Positions 8,805 through 17,900 of a DNA stretch of 31,466 nt are shown piece after piece (the first letter of the stretch is position 1; each line of letters opens with the position of its first letter). Below the pieces are notes generated by a model that worked only from the letters and a program-made list of their open reading frames with translations, searched no databases and was not told where the DNA came from. Source of the stretch: a virus (Duplodnaviria; Caudoviricetes); the IMG/VR virus record IMGVR_UViG_3300030059_000554, positions 1 to 31,466 of that record. The stretch is one strand, 5' to 3'. A program made the translations under genes and the position numbers.

Positions 8805-10916
8805 ATGCCTCTAACCAAACTTCAATTCAAGCCCGGTATTAACCGAGAAACCACGTCCTACAGTAATGAGGGCGGGTGGTTTGATATGGATAAGGTTAGG
8901 TTTCGTTTTGGCTTTCCTGAGAAGATTGGTGGTTGGGTAAGAAACTCAAACAACAACTTCTTGGGAACGTGCCGAGCTTTACATCCATGGGTTGCTCTAG
9001 ACGGCACACAATATGTTGGAGTAGGCACACATCTAAAGTATTATATACTAGAGGGGGGTGGGTTTTATGACATTACACCTATTCGTGCTACTACTGCTGC
9101 AGGTGCTGTAACATTTACGGCAGGTGCAGATACTCTTGATGGAGCAATTGTTTCTACAGATGTCTCTATAGTTTTAACAAGCGTTACTGATTTTCCTACG
9201 GCGGGTCTAATAAAGATTGGCACTGAAGAAATAACCTATGCTGCTATATCAAGCAAAACATTAACTGGTTGCCTTAGAGGACAAAATGGAACTACTGCTG
9301 CAAACCATGCCGATAATGTGGCTGTTACTTGCGCTACCATTATAGTTACTGACGAGGATCACAGTGCCTTAGACAACGACTTTGTGACTTTCACAGATTC
9401 TGCTTCACTTGGCGGGGTTATCACTGCCGCCGTATTAAACCAAGAATACCAAATAACGACAATTATAGATGACGATAATTATTTAATTAATGCTCGAACT
9501 GTGTCTACCATACCTTCAATAACTACTACAAACGGCCTTGAGCCTACCCCTGTTTTTGCAAATACATCAGACAGTAACGATGGTGGTACTGCGTGTGTTG
9601 GTGCCTACCAACTAAACACTGGACTAGACACAACAATAACGGGCAACGGTTGGAATGCTGGAGGCTGGAGCCGAGGAACTTGGAACTCGTCCACCGATCT
9701 TTCAGTTGATGGTCAAACGCTTCGTATATGGAGCCACGATAATTTTGGTGAGGACTTATTAATAAACCCAAGGGATGAGGGCGTTTATTACTGGGATAAA
9801 ACCAACGGTACTGGAGTGCGCGCAGTTACATTAGCTTCTTTGCCCAACCCAGCGGCTACTCCTACTTCGGCTAAAATAGTTCTGGTGTCTGATAAAGACA
9901 GGCATGTTGTGGCTTTTGGTTGCAACCCAGAAGGATCTGTAACACAGGATCCTTTACTTGTTAGGTTTAGTAGTCAAGCGGCTCCGTCTAATTGGTCGGC
10001 TCAAGCCACTAATACTGCGGGTGATTTAAGTATTGGATCAGGGTCTGAAATTATTGCGGCTATAGAAACTAAACAACAAATATTAGTTTTTACTGATGTA
10101 TCACTACACGCCATGCAATTCTTAGGCCCACCGTTTACGTTTGGTATAAATGTTGTATCAGAAAATATTACAATTGCTGGTCCCCTATCCGCGATTAACG
10201 TAGAGGATACTGTGTATTGGATGGGCCGAAACGAGTTTTATGCTTATGCTGGTCAAGTTCAACGCCTACCATGCACTGTACGGGACTATGTTTTTAACGA
10301 CATTAATGGTTCACAGTTTGAAAAGATAACAGCCGGATCGAACACAGCCTTTGGTGAAATTTGGTGGTTCTATCCATCATCTACAAGTCAAGAGAATGAT
10401 CGGTATGTATCATACAACTATATGGAGAACGTCTGGTCATACGGATTACTAGCTCGAACAGCTTGGTTAGATCGAGGGATTACAAATCTGCCTTTAGTTG
10501 CATCTACAGATCATTATTTGTACAGTCACGAGACAGGGTTTGATGATGGAAGCACTACACCACCAACAGCCATAGCTTCTTTTATTCAAAGTAGTCAGAT
10601 TGATATAGGTGATGGGGAGGAGTTCTTTTTTATGAATCGGATGATACCAGATTTAACCTTTAGAAACTCAACAGCAGATTCTCCTTCAGCAACAATTACA
10701 CTCTCTGCTAGGAACTTCCCTGGTGGTTTGTATCTACAGTCACAAGCTAAGTCTGTTACACGCACATCTACCACTCCAATTGAGCAGTGGACTGAACAAG
10801 TTAACTTGCGGTTGCGTGGTAGAGCTTTTGCATTAAAATTAGAGTCTACAGGCGTGGGTGTCGGTTGGCGATTAGGTACGCCTAGGGTTGATATCCGAAG
10901 CGATGGGCGTAGATAA
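8805..10916 (+). CDS. Tail tubular protein B / nozzle (DNA stabilisation protein-like)
   Basis: 703 aa. MPLTKLQFKPGI...VRFRFGFPEKIGGW N-terminus, W-rich beta-propeller-like blades, RLRGR...WRLG..R.DI..DGRR C-terminus; GAGGAG RBS. Confidence 0.8.
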   Translation: MPLTKLQFKPGINRETTSYSNEGGWFDMDKVRFRFGFPEKIGGWVRNSNNNFLGTCRALHPWVALDGTQYVGVGTHLKYYILEGGGFYDITPIRATTAAGAVTFTAGADTLDGAIVSTDVSIVLTSVTDFPTAGLIKIGTEEITYAAISSKTLTGCLRGQNGTTAANHADNVAVTCATIIVTDEDHSALDNDFVTFTDSASLGGVITAAVLNQEYQITTIIDDDNYLINARTVSTIPSITTTNGLEPTPVFANTSDSNDGGTACVGAYQLNTGLDTTITGNGWNAGGWSRGTWNSSTDLSVDGQTLRIWSHDNFGEDLLINPRDEGVYYWDKTNGTGVRAVTLASLPNPAATPTSAKIVLVSDKDRHVVAFGCNPEGSVTQDPLLVRFSSQAAPSNWSAQATNTAGDLSIGSGSEIIAAIETKQQILVFTDVSLHAMQFLGPPFTFGINVVSENITIAGPLSAINVEDTVYWMGRNEFYAYAGQVQRLPCTVRDYVFNDINGSQFEKITAGSNTAFGEIWWFYPSSTSQENDRYVSYNYMENVWSYGLLARTAWLDRGITNLPLVASTDHYLYSHETGFDDGSTTPPTAIASFIQSSQIDIGDGEEFFFMNRMIPDLTFRNSTADSPSATITLSARNFPGGLYLQSQAKSVTRTSTTPIEQWTEQVNLRLRGRAFALKLESTGVGVGWRLGTPRVDIRSDGRR

Positions 10917-11230
10917 TGTCTCGTAATCTGATTAAACCATTTTTTGCGAGACCCCCTGACGAATACGACCAGAAGTACATGTCAGACGTAGTACAATCTT
11001 TTGCTCTTTATTTAGAGCAGATGCAGAACCCAGGGGAAGGTCGTAACACACGTCTTACCCTTACAGACCTACCTATAAGTGACCAAGGATTAGAGGTCGG
11101 AGCATTGTTTGCGTATCGAGACGCAGCGGGAATGACTGGTGTTGTAAAGATAACAACAGCAGATCAGGTTAATTTACCAAGCATCACAAGTACGGGTGGT
11201 GTAGGAGCAGTTACGGTAGTCATATCATGA
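10916..11230 (+). CDS. Virion hypothetical protein
   Basis: 104 aa, coupled to the nozzle gene; PPDEYD motif and C-terminal TGGVGAVTV. Confidence 0.7.
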   Translation: MSRNLIKPFFARPPDEYDQKYMSDVVQSFALYLEQMQNPGEGRNTRLTLTDLPISDQGLEVGALFAYRDAAGMTGVVKITTADQVNLPSITSTGGVGAVTVVIS

Positions 11231-11231
11231 C

Positions 11232-11267
11232 TAGAACTTTTAAAGCACTTCTGCTATTATAAGAAGT
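11232..11267 (+). promoter_or_regulatory. Putative sigma70-type promoter upstream of the ejection-protein genes
   Basis: TAGAAC (11232-37), 17-bp spacer, extended -10 TGcTATTAT (11252-60). The inverted repeat ACTTCT/AGAAGT flanks the -10. Confidence 0.45.
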
Positions 11268-11289
11268 AATTAACAACAGGTGACGAACT

Positions 11290-12057
11290 ATGGGATTAAT
11301 GAGTAGCTTAGGTGGCCTAGTTGGATTTGCCATGGGCGGACCAGCAGGAGCCGCAGCAGGAGCCGCAGTTGGAACTGGTATTGAGGGTGGAGACTTAAAA
11401 GATGCTTTTAAGTCCGCGGCTATGGGATTTGTAGGCGGCGGTGCTGGTAATGCTATGAGTGGTTTTATGCAAGGTGGTGGTGGCGGCGGAAATCCTCTTG
11501 CTCAATTATTATCGGGCGGTGGAAACCAAGGTGGAGACCAAGGTATTGGTGCCATCATGAAAGCTTTAGGTGCTAGTGGACAAGGTAGTGGCGGAACAGG
11601 TGGGGGTTTACCAATGGGTGGCGGCGGTGGCGGCGGCGGTATTGGTAGTCTATTAAATAACCCAACAATGATGGCGTCTTTACTGAGAGCCACCGAACCA
11701 CGCAGTATTAAGATGACTTCTGACCTACAGGATGCTCAGTTAGCTACTGGAGAACGTAACCCTAGTTTCCGTGGTGTGCAAGCAATGGACATTCGTAAAA
11801 GAAACCCTGCTAGATTTACTCAGCGGCCAACATACGCACAAGGCGGATTGATCGAGGGCCCCGGGACTGGGACAAGTGATTCAATACCAGGCTCTATTAT
11901 GCAAAACGGACAGCCCGTAGAACAGATCCGTGTTGCAAACAATGAGTTTATACTAAGAGAAAAAGACGTAGAGCAGATCGGTAATGGCGATCGGGATCTC
12001 GGGGCCGCAAAGTTATACGCTATGCAGCGCCGATTTGATAAAGGAGGACGTGCATAA
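11290..12057 (+). CDS. Gly-rich putative ejection/DNA-pilot protein
   Basis: N-terminal glycine-zipper-like segment (GGPAGAAAGAAVG), poly-Gly tracts and C-terminal GGLIEGPGTGTSDSIP...NEFI motif; first gene of the post-nozzle block. Confidence 0.65.
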   Translation: MGLMSSLGGLVGFAMGGPAGAAAGAAVGTGIEGGDLKDAFKSAAMGFVGGGAGNAMSGFMQGGGGGGNPLAQLLSGGGNQGGDQGIGAIMKALGASGQGSGGTGGGLPMGGGGGGGGIGSLLNNPTMMASLLRATEPRSIKMTSDLQDAQLATGERNPSFRGVQAMDIRKRNPARFTQRPTYAQGGLIEGPGTGTSDSIPGSIMQNGQPVEQIRVANNEFILREKDVEQIGNGDRDLGAAKLYAMQRRFDKGGRA

Positions 12058-13637
12058 TGTCAGATGGATCAAACACAGGTAATGACCAAACAATTCTTAA
12101 TCAGTCCCAGACACTTCTTCCGGGCTATCAAGAAGAATATCTAAAGAATCTTTTAGCAAACGTCTATCAAGTTGAGTACGATCAAGATGGCAACGCTCTT
12201 CTGGACTCTAATGGTCAGCCGATCGTTAGTGGTTTAGCTTCGGACTCTCCTTTGACCGGTACTCCGGTACTAGATGACGCTGGAAACCCTGTATTCGAAA
12301 AAAATCCGGATGGTACAGACAGGTTAGACTTCCGTGGAAACCCTATCCCGCAAGTAGATGGTGGTGTTATACGACCAGATATTGCAGGCTTTACAGGAAA
12401 CCAAGCAGAAGCAATTCGGTTAGCTGAAACAGGGGTTGGTTCTTTTCAACCATATATGGACGATGCAAATACTACGTTGCAATCTGCTGCAGGAAGAGCT
12501 GGTTTAGCACAGCAAGCATTTAATAGAGGCACAGACGCTGTTGATCCAACTACTGGATCATATGATGCAGGTGCGTACTCTCAATATTATGATCCGTTTA
12601 CACAAAATGTTATTGGTCAAACATCTGGTGATGTAGCTAATGCTAGCACAGCTCTAGGTACTGCGGCTCAGGATAGTGTAAATGCAGGGCAGTTTGGACT
12701 GGGGTCCGCGGTCCAAGGTCAACAGATGCTTGGCGATACTACAGACAGGTTTGCCGGTGAGGGTGTTGGTTCGTTTATGAATCAGTACGAAGATCAAGCG
12801 GTACAACAAGCACTCGCGGACATTTCTCGCAGTGGTCAGATGCAACAAGCACAACTTGGTGCCAATGCTGTAGGCGCTGGCGCGTTTGGCGGGGCTCGTC
12901 AGGGAATCCAAGAAAGTGAATTAGCTAGAAATATACTAGAACAACAAGGTCGAACTGCGGCAGGAATGCGGCAGGCTGGTTATGAAAGTGCTGCGCAACG
13001 CGCACAAGCTGCTTTTGAAGCTGAACAATCACGGGGGCAGAGTGCGGCACAGCTCACTGGTCAGTTAGGTCAGGCGGGTGCGTCTAGTGCTATGTCCGGT
13101 AATCAAATGGGTATGGCCGGCGCTCAAGGTCAAGCAGACCTTTCTATGAACCTTGCTGGTTTGCGTAATCAAGGATTTGGTTCCTCACAAGAACTTAGCC
13201 AGAACGCTTTTCAAAATCAAATGGCTCGAGGTCAAAATGCAGGTCAGATATTCTCGTCTCTTGGTAGTGGGATCGGGGCTCTTGGTACTTCGGAAGCTGG
13301 TGTTGGTACACGTCAAGCGGCAATGGGCGAAGCAATGCAAGGCGCAGAACAACGTGATGTTAATTCCTTGTTTAACATTGGTTCTTTGGAGCAAGGTCAA
13401 CAACAGGCTGAATACGACGTACAACGTGCAGGTCAAATAGAAGAAGCATATGAGCCGTTCCAACGAATGTCTTATATGTCAGATATCTTCCGAGGTGTTC
13501 CATCTAATCAAGGGTCTCTTACTACTAGCAGCGCCCCCGCTCCAAGTCCTGTCTCCGGTATTATGGGCAACGCAATAGGAATGCAAAATTATAACAACGC
13601 AAATGGCGGGCAAGGTATCTTGTCAGGTCTAGGTTAA
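12057..13637 (+). CDS. Q/A/G-rich putative DNA transfer (ejection) protein
   Basis: 526 aa, helical and low-complexity, with GAGAFGGARQG motif; AAGGAGG RBS. Confidence 0.7.
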   Translation: MSDGSNTGNDQTILNQSQTLLPGYQEEYLKNLLANVYQVEYDQDGNALLDSNGQPIVSGLASDSPLTGTPVLDDAGNPVFEKNPDGTDRLDFRGNPIPQVDGGVIRPDIAGFTGNQAEAIRLAETGVGSFQPYMDDANTTLQSAAGRAGLAQQAFNRGTDAVDPTTGSYDAGAYSQYYDPFTQNVIGQTSGDVANASTALGTAAQDSVNAGQFGLGSAVQGQQMLGDTTDRFAGEGVGSFMNQYEDQAVQQALADISRSGQMQQAQLGANAVGAGAFGGARQGIQESELARNILEQQGRTAAGMRQAGYESAAQRAQAAFEAEQSRGQSAAQLTGQLGQAGASSAMSGNQMGMAGAQGQADLSMNLAGLRNQGFGSSQELSQNAFQNQMARGQNAGQIFSSLGSGIGALGTSEAGVGTRQAAMGEAMQGAEQRDVNSLFNIGSLEQGQQQAEYDVQRAGQIEEAYEPFQRMSYMSDIFRGVPSNQGSLTTSSAPAPSPVSGIMGNAIGMQNYNNANGGQGILSGLG

Positions 13638-13647
13638 GGGTTAACAC

Positions 13648-14901
13648 ATGGAAAATAGAGTAGCTAACCGAAGTTTGTTTAAGAATAAGAGCGGAGCTAG
13701 AGATAAGCTTCGCAGTCTTGGTGGTATTATGGCGTCGAGCCAACCTTTGTTGGACGAAGCTTACAAATCTATTGACGCCCCTGTTAATCAAATGACAGGA
13801 ATGTCATCTCCTACTATGGGTTCACCTATGCCACCTATGCAAATGCGTCCTCCCATGCCCATGCAAACACCTCCTCCCATGCCCATGCAAACACCTCCTC
13901 CCATGCCCCAGCAAACAGCTCCTCCCATGCCAGTAGCTCCGGCGCCAGTAGCTCCGGCGCCAGTAGCTCCGGCTCCGGCTCAAGCTCAAGCTCCATCACT
14001 TAATCCTTTTGCACAGGCCGGCGGACTTGGGTATGCACAGGGCGGTGTTGTTACAGATAGTAGAGGCGATGCTGTTAGAGATAGTTTTGGTAACCCTGTT
14101 CGCACAGCGCGTCTTGACATGGATCAAAAAGCGGGTGAGCTAAAACTTTCAGACATGACATCTAAACAAGCGGCAAGTCTTGGTGAAGATACAATAAGTG
14201 GAAAGCTCCCGTTTACCTCTCCATTTACACAAGATAACGTAGGCGACAAAGCGCCTGAGTTAACTGCGGGATTACAAGAGATTGGTGCAATGATGCGTGA
14301 CCCTGACATGCCATCAGAAGACAAAGCTCGAATGCTTGCGGCATACACTGGCGGAAATCCTAAAGCCAAAGACATGAATAAAGAAATGAGAAAGGTAGCC
14401 AAACAAACATTTGGTAAAGAACTTAACTCAAACCAAAAGATAGACGCGTTAAACAAATCAATTACTGGTTTTGCTATTGCCTCGGGCACAAGTCCACGGG
14501 CCTCTGTTAACTTTGCAAAAGGCATGCAAGTTGGTATGCTACAGATGAAAGCGACTGAGGAAAAAAGAATAGCCGCTACATCGGGTGCCGCTGGTGGTGA
14601 GAAGTCTCGTCAAGAGTTCCGTTACAATGCTGTATTTTCTGATGCGTTTAAAGCTGCCTTGGGGGAAAACCCTAATGATCAGCAAGCTGCTTTGCGAGTA
14701 GCCACTGAGCTAGCAAGAGGCGCGGCGCCATTAGCACCATCCGCTCAAGGCGGTGGTGGGTCTGTAACAGAAGGTTCAAATTTAAACGCCGAACAACAAA
14801 CGTTGATTGCTCAAGCTAACGAAGCCATTGCTGCTGGAAAAGATCCCGCGGCTGTTCGACAGTCCCTTGAAAAAATGGGTATACCATCAGGAGTAGTTTA
14901 A
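13648..14901 (+). CDS. Putative internal virion/ejection protein with Pro-rich linker
   Basis: 417 aa; N-terminal NRSLF, P/M/Q and PVAPA repeats, helical C-terminal half. Confidence 0.65.
   Translation: MENRVANRSLFKNKSGARDKLRSLGGIMASSQPLLDEAYKSIDAPVNQMTGMSSPTMGSPMPPMQMRPPMPMQTPPPMPMQTPPPMPQQTAPPMPVAPAPVAPAPVAPAPAQAQAPSLNPFAQAGGLGYAQGGVVTDSRGDAVRDSFGNPVRTARLDMDQKAGELKLSDMTSKQAASLGEDTISGKLPFTSPFTQDNVGDKAPELTAGLQEIGAMMRDPDMPSEDKARMLAAYTGGNPKAKDMNKEMRKVAKQTFGKELNSNQKIDALNKSITGFAIASGTSPRASVNFAKGMQVGMLQMKATEEKRIAATSGAAGGEKSRQEFRYNAVFSDAFKAALGENPNDQQAALRVATELARGAAPLAPSAQGGGGSVTEGSNLNAEQQTLIAQANEAIAAGKDPAAVRQSLEKMGIPSGVV
13849..13974 (+). repeat. Coding tandem repeats: 3 x 24 bp then 3 x 15 bp
   Basis: CCTCCCATGCCCATGCAAACACCT at 13849 and 13873, with a variant at 13897. 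CCAGTAGCTCCGGC(G/T) at 13930, 13945 and 13960. Confidence 0.95.
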
Positions 14902-17900
14902 TGGCTGACAATCCTTTTATGGATCTACCCGACGCGCCGAAACAACAAACATCAAGCAATCCTTTTATGGATTTAGATGATGCGGAAGGAGAAACGGGGC
15001 GAAATCGTGAGCAGTTTCTTGAAGGCACAGCTATTCGTGAACTCGGTGAGGGTATTGTATCTGGTGGTTTAGGTGCTGTTGAAGGTGTTGCAGGTCTTGT
15101 TGCTATGCTTCCAGACGCAATTGCTGGAACGGATTACGGAGACAAAGTAACAAATGCGGCGGAAGCTACTCGTGATGCCTTGGGGTTAGACCCAGAAGGC
15201 TTTGTTGGAAAAGGCGCAGAAATTATTACGCAGTTTGTTGTCCCTGGTGGCATTGCGGCGAAGGCGGCGAAGGGTGCCGTTATGGCGGGTCGTGCGGCTA
15301 AAGGATTATCTAAAACACCTTTGACTAAAGCAGAACGATTTACTTTAGCCTCCAAAGAGCTTGCGGCTTCTGGCATTGCCGACGCTGCAGTATCAACAGA
15401 TGATATGACTACGATCGGTGATTGGGTGGATGCAGGTCCTACTCAAACAACTGATTTAATTGGTTTGAGCAACAGAGAGAAAGCATTAGCTCGTTTTGGC
15501 AACAGGTTAAAGATTGGTGCAGAAGCTGGAGTAATTGGATCAGTAGCACAGGTGGGCCTTGGTCTTGCTGGTAAAACAATTGGTGATGCAAAGATAACTA
15601 AGATCACAGCCAAGGCTACCCGCGACAAGATAGATCAAGCAACAAGAAGTATTGATAACTTAATAGAGCGCAGGATGTTAGCCAAACCAAATAGCGCGGA
15701 AGAACTTTCTACAAATCAAGCACGATTAGCTGACGCGATAACATTTTCTCGTTACCGTGGTAGTCTTCCTAGTCAGGTAGCTGAAAAGCGCCTGTTGATG
15801 GATGGTGTAATACAAAAGCAAGTTAAACAAGCCGACCGGATACTTAAAGATTTAGATTTAGAGATAGATAGCGTATTAAAAAAGATGCCCGAGGGTGAAG
15901 GTAACCTAGATAAAGTTGGCTTCATGAATAAAATTGAAAGCTATTTAACTGAATCTAATCCAAAAGTGCAAGATCGTGTCTTGAGTGAGATGCCAAAAGG
16001 TATTCGTCAAAATGCGTTGCGTATGCGTACTCACATTAAAACTCTTAGTAAAGATGTGTTAGATAGTAATTATTTAAAAGAAAAAAAGTACACGGTAGAT
16101 GGTTTAAATGTCAAGGATGTTGTTGATAAGAACATCAACAGCTACCTTCGCCGTCGATATCAAATCTTTGAGGACGCCAAGTACGTTCCAACAGACGAAT
16201 CAATAAAGAATGCAGACTCATTCTTTAGGAGAAACAAAAGTTCTGTAGAAAAAGAACTTACTGAAGCTGCTCGTAAAGATGTAAGTGGCGTATTTTCTGT
16301 TGATTTTCTAGCTAAGAATGGTTTGTCCAAGGTTGTTGACGACACAGGAAAATTTAAAATACAGGTTGGAAACAAAGTTACTGCTGATTCCGGACGTTTA
16401 GCTCGGGAAAACTTTCTTGAGCGTTATTCAATTCAATCTAGCGTAAAGTCTGGGGCCGGACGTGTAGCATCTGATAGATTAGACACCGGTATGTTTCTCA
16501 CACGAAAGAAGATTGCACCTGAGTTGCAGGACTTGCTTGGTATAGTTAAAGATCCTCGTCAAGCGTACCTCAGTACTGTTGCAGATCTTGCACAGTTTAG
16601 TGCGGTAGATGATTACTTTGGAACAGTTGCTAAACTTGCAAACCAAAACTCTGGTATAGGTAAGTTCTTTAAAAGCAGCAAGGATTTAACCCTTGATCAA
16701 CAACAAGGTTTGTTAGCCAAAGGGTTTGTTAAACTTGGTGGTAAAGATGGTAAGCCTAGCGGACTAGGTAAAGTAGACCCGCAAGGTCAAATACTTCAAA
16801 CAGACTCTGTAAACAAATTTATAAATAATCAAGACTCTGGCTGGGGAGAGTTAGATGGTTACTTTGTTCCAAAAGGAATATACAACGACCTAACTAATCA
16901 TGTTATGGCAGACGACACGATGAAATATGGTAGAGCTATTTTAAACAGTTTGTTAAAAGCTAAAGGAGTTTCTCAGTACGCTAAAACGGTGCTATCTCCA
17001 ATCACTCAGGTGCGTAATTTTACAACAGCAGCAATGTTTGCAACGGCTAATGGCAACATGCCTGTCTTTGGGCGGGGTGGAAGTTTAAAAGATTCATGGA
17101 AAGCTGTTCATGCAAACATTACGAACAAAGGTGATAAAGCTATATTTGATGACTTGAATGATGCGTATGACCGTGGAGTAATGGCAACCAATGCAGAGTT
17201 GCGAGAGATACAAGACACACTAAGCAAGGGCCTTGACCTTGGTGGTAAAGAACCAACTAACTTTGTAGAAGCCACTGTTGGAAGCACTAAGGTTGGACGC
17301 AAGGTAATAGATTCAAATCTTGGCGGTAAAATTGCTAAGGGTGCTAAGTTAATGGAGAATGTTTACCAAGGCTCAGACGATTATTGGAAGTACTTTAGTT
17401 ATAACGCCGAGCAATCTCAAATTAAAAAAATGCTTGATGGTGCAACACCTCAAGAGAAGGTTGCGTACTTAACAAAGAATGGTACCGACGCGGGTTCTCA
17501 AGGTAGTGTTGGTTCTAAGATGTTAAGAAACGACAAGATACGGAGGGGCGAGATTGATGACAACATGATTGAAGACTTAATTAAAGATCGTGCCGCACAG
17601 ATCGTTCGTGACACCGTTCCAAACTACAACAAAGGTGCTTCAGATCTTATTAAGTTTGGCCGTAAACTTCCTGTAGGTAACTTTATAACCTTCCCCGCTG
17701 AGATGTTTCGTACAAGTTTTAATATTGTAAAGCAGGGTCTTGATGACATGTCTTCGCCCATCAAAGCTGTGCAAGCTAGAGGCAGAAATAGATTACTTGG
17801 TTTTGGAGCTACAACAATGGTTGCTCCATCGGCGGTAACAACTGCCGCGTATGCTGTGACAGGCGTAAGTAAAGAAGAAATGGAATCATACCAAAGATCT

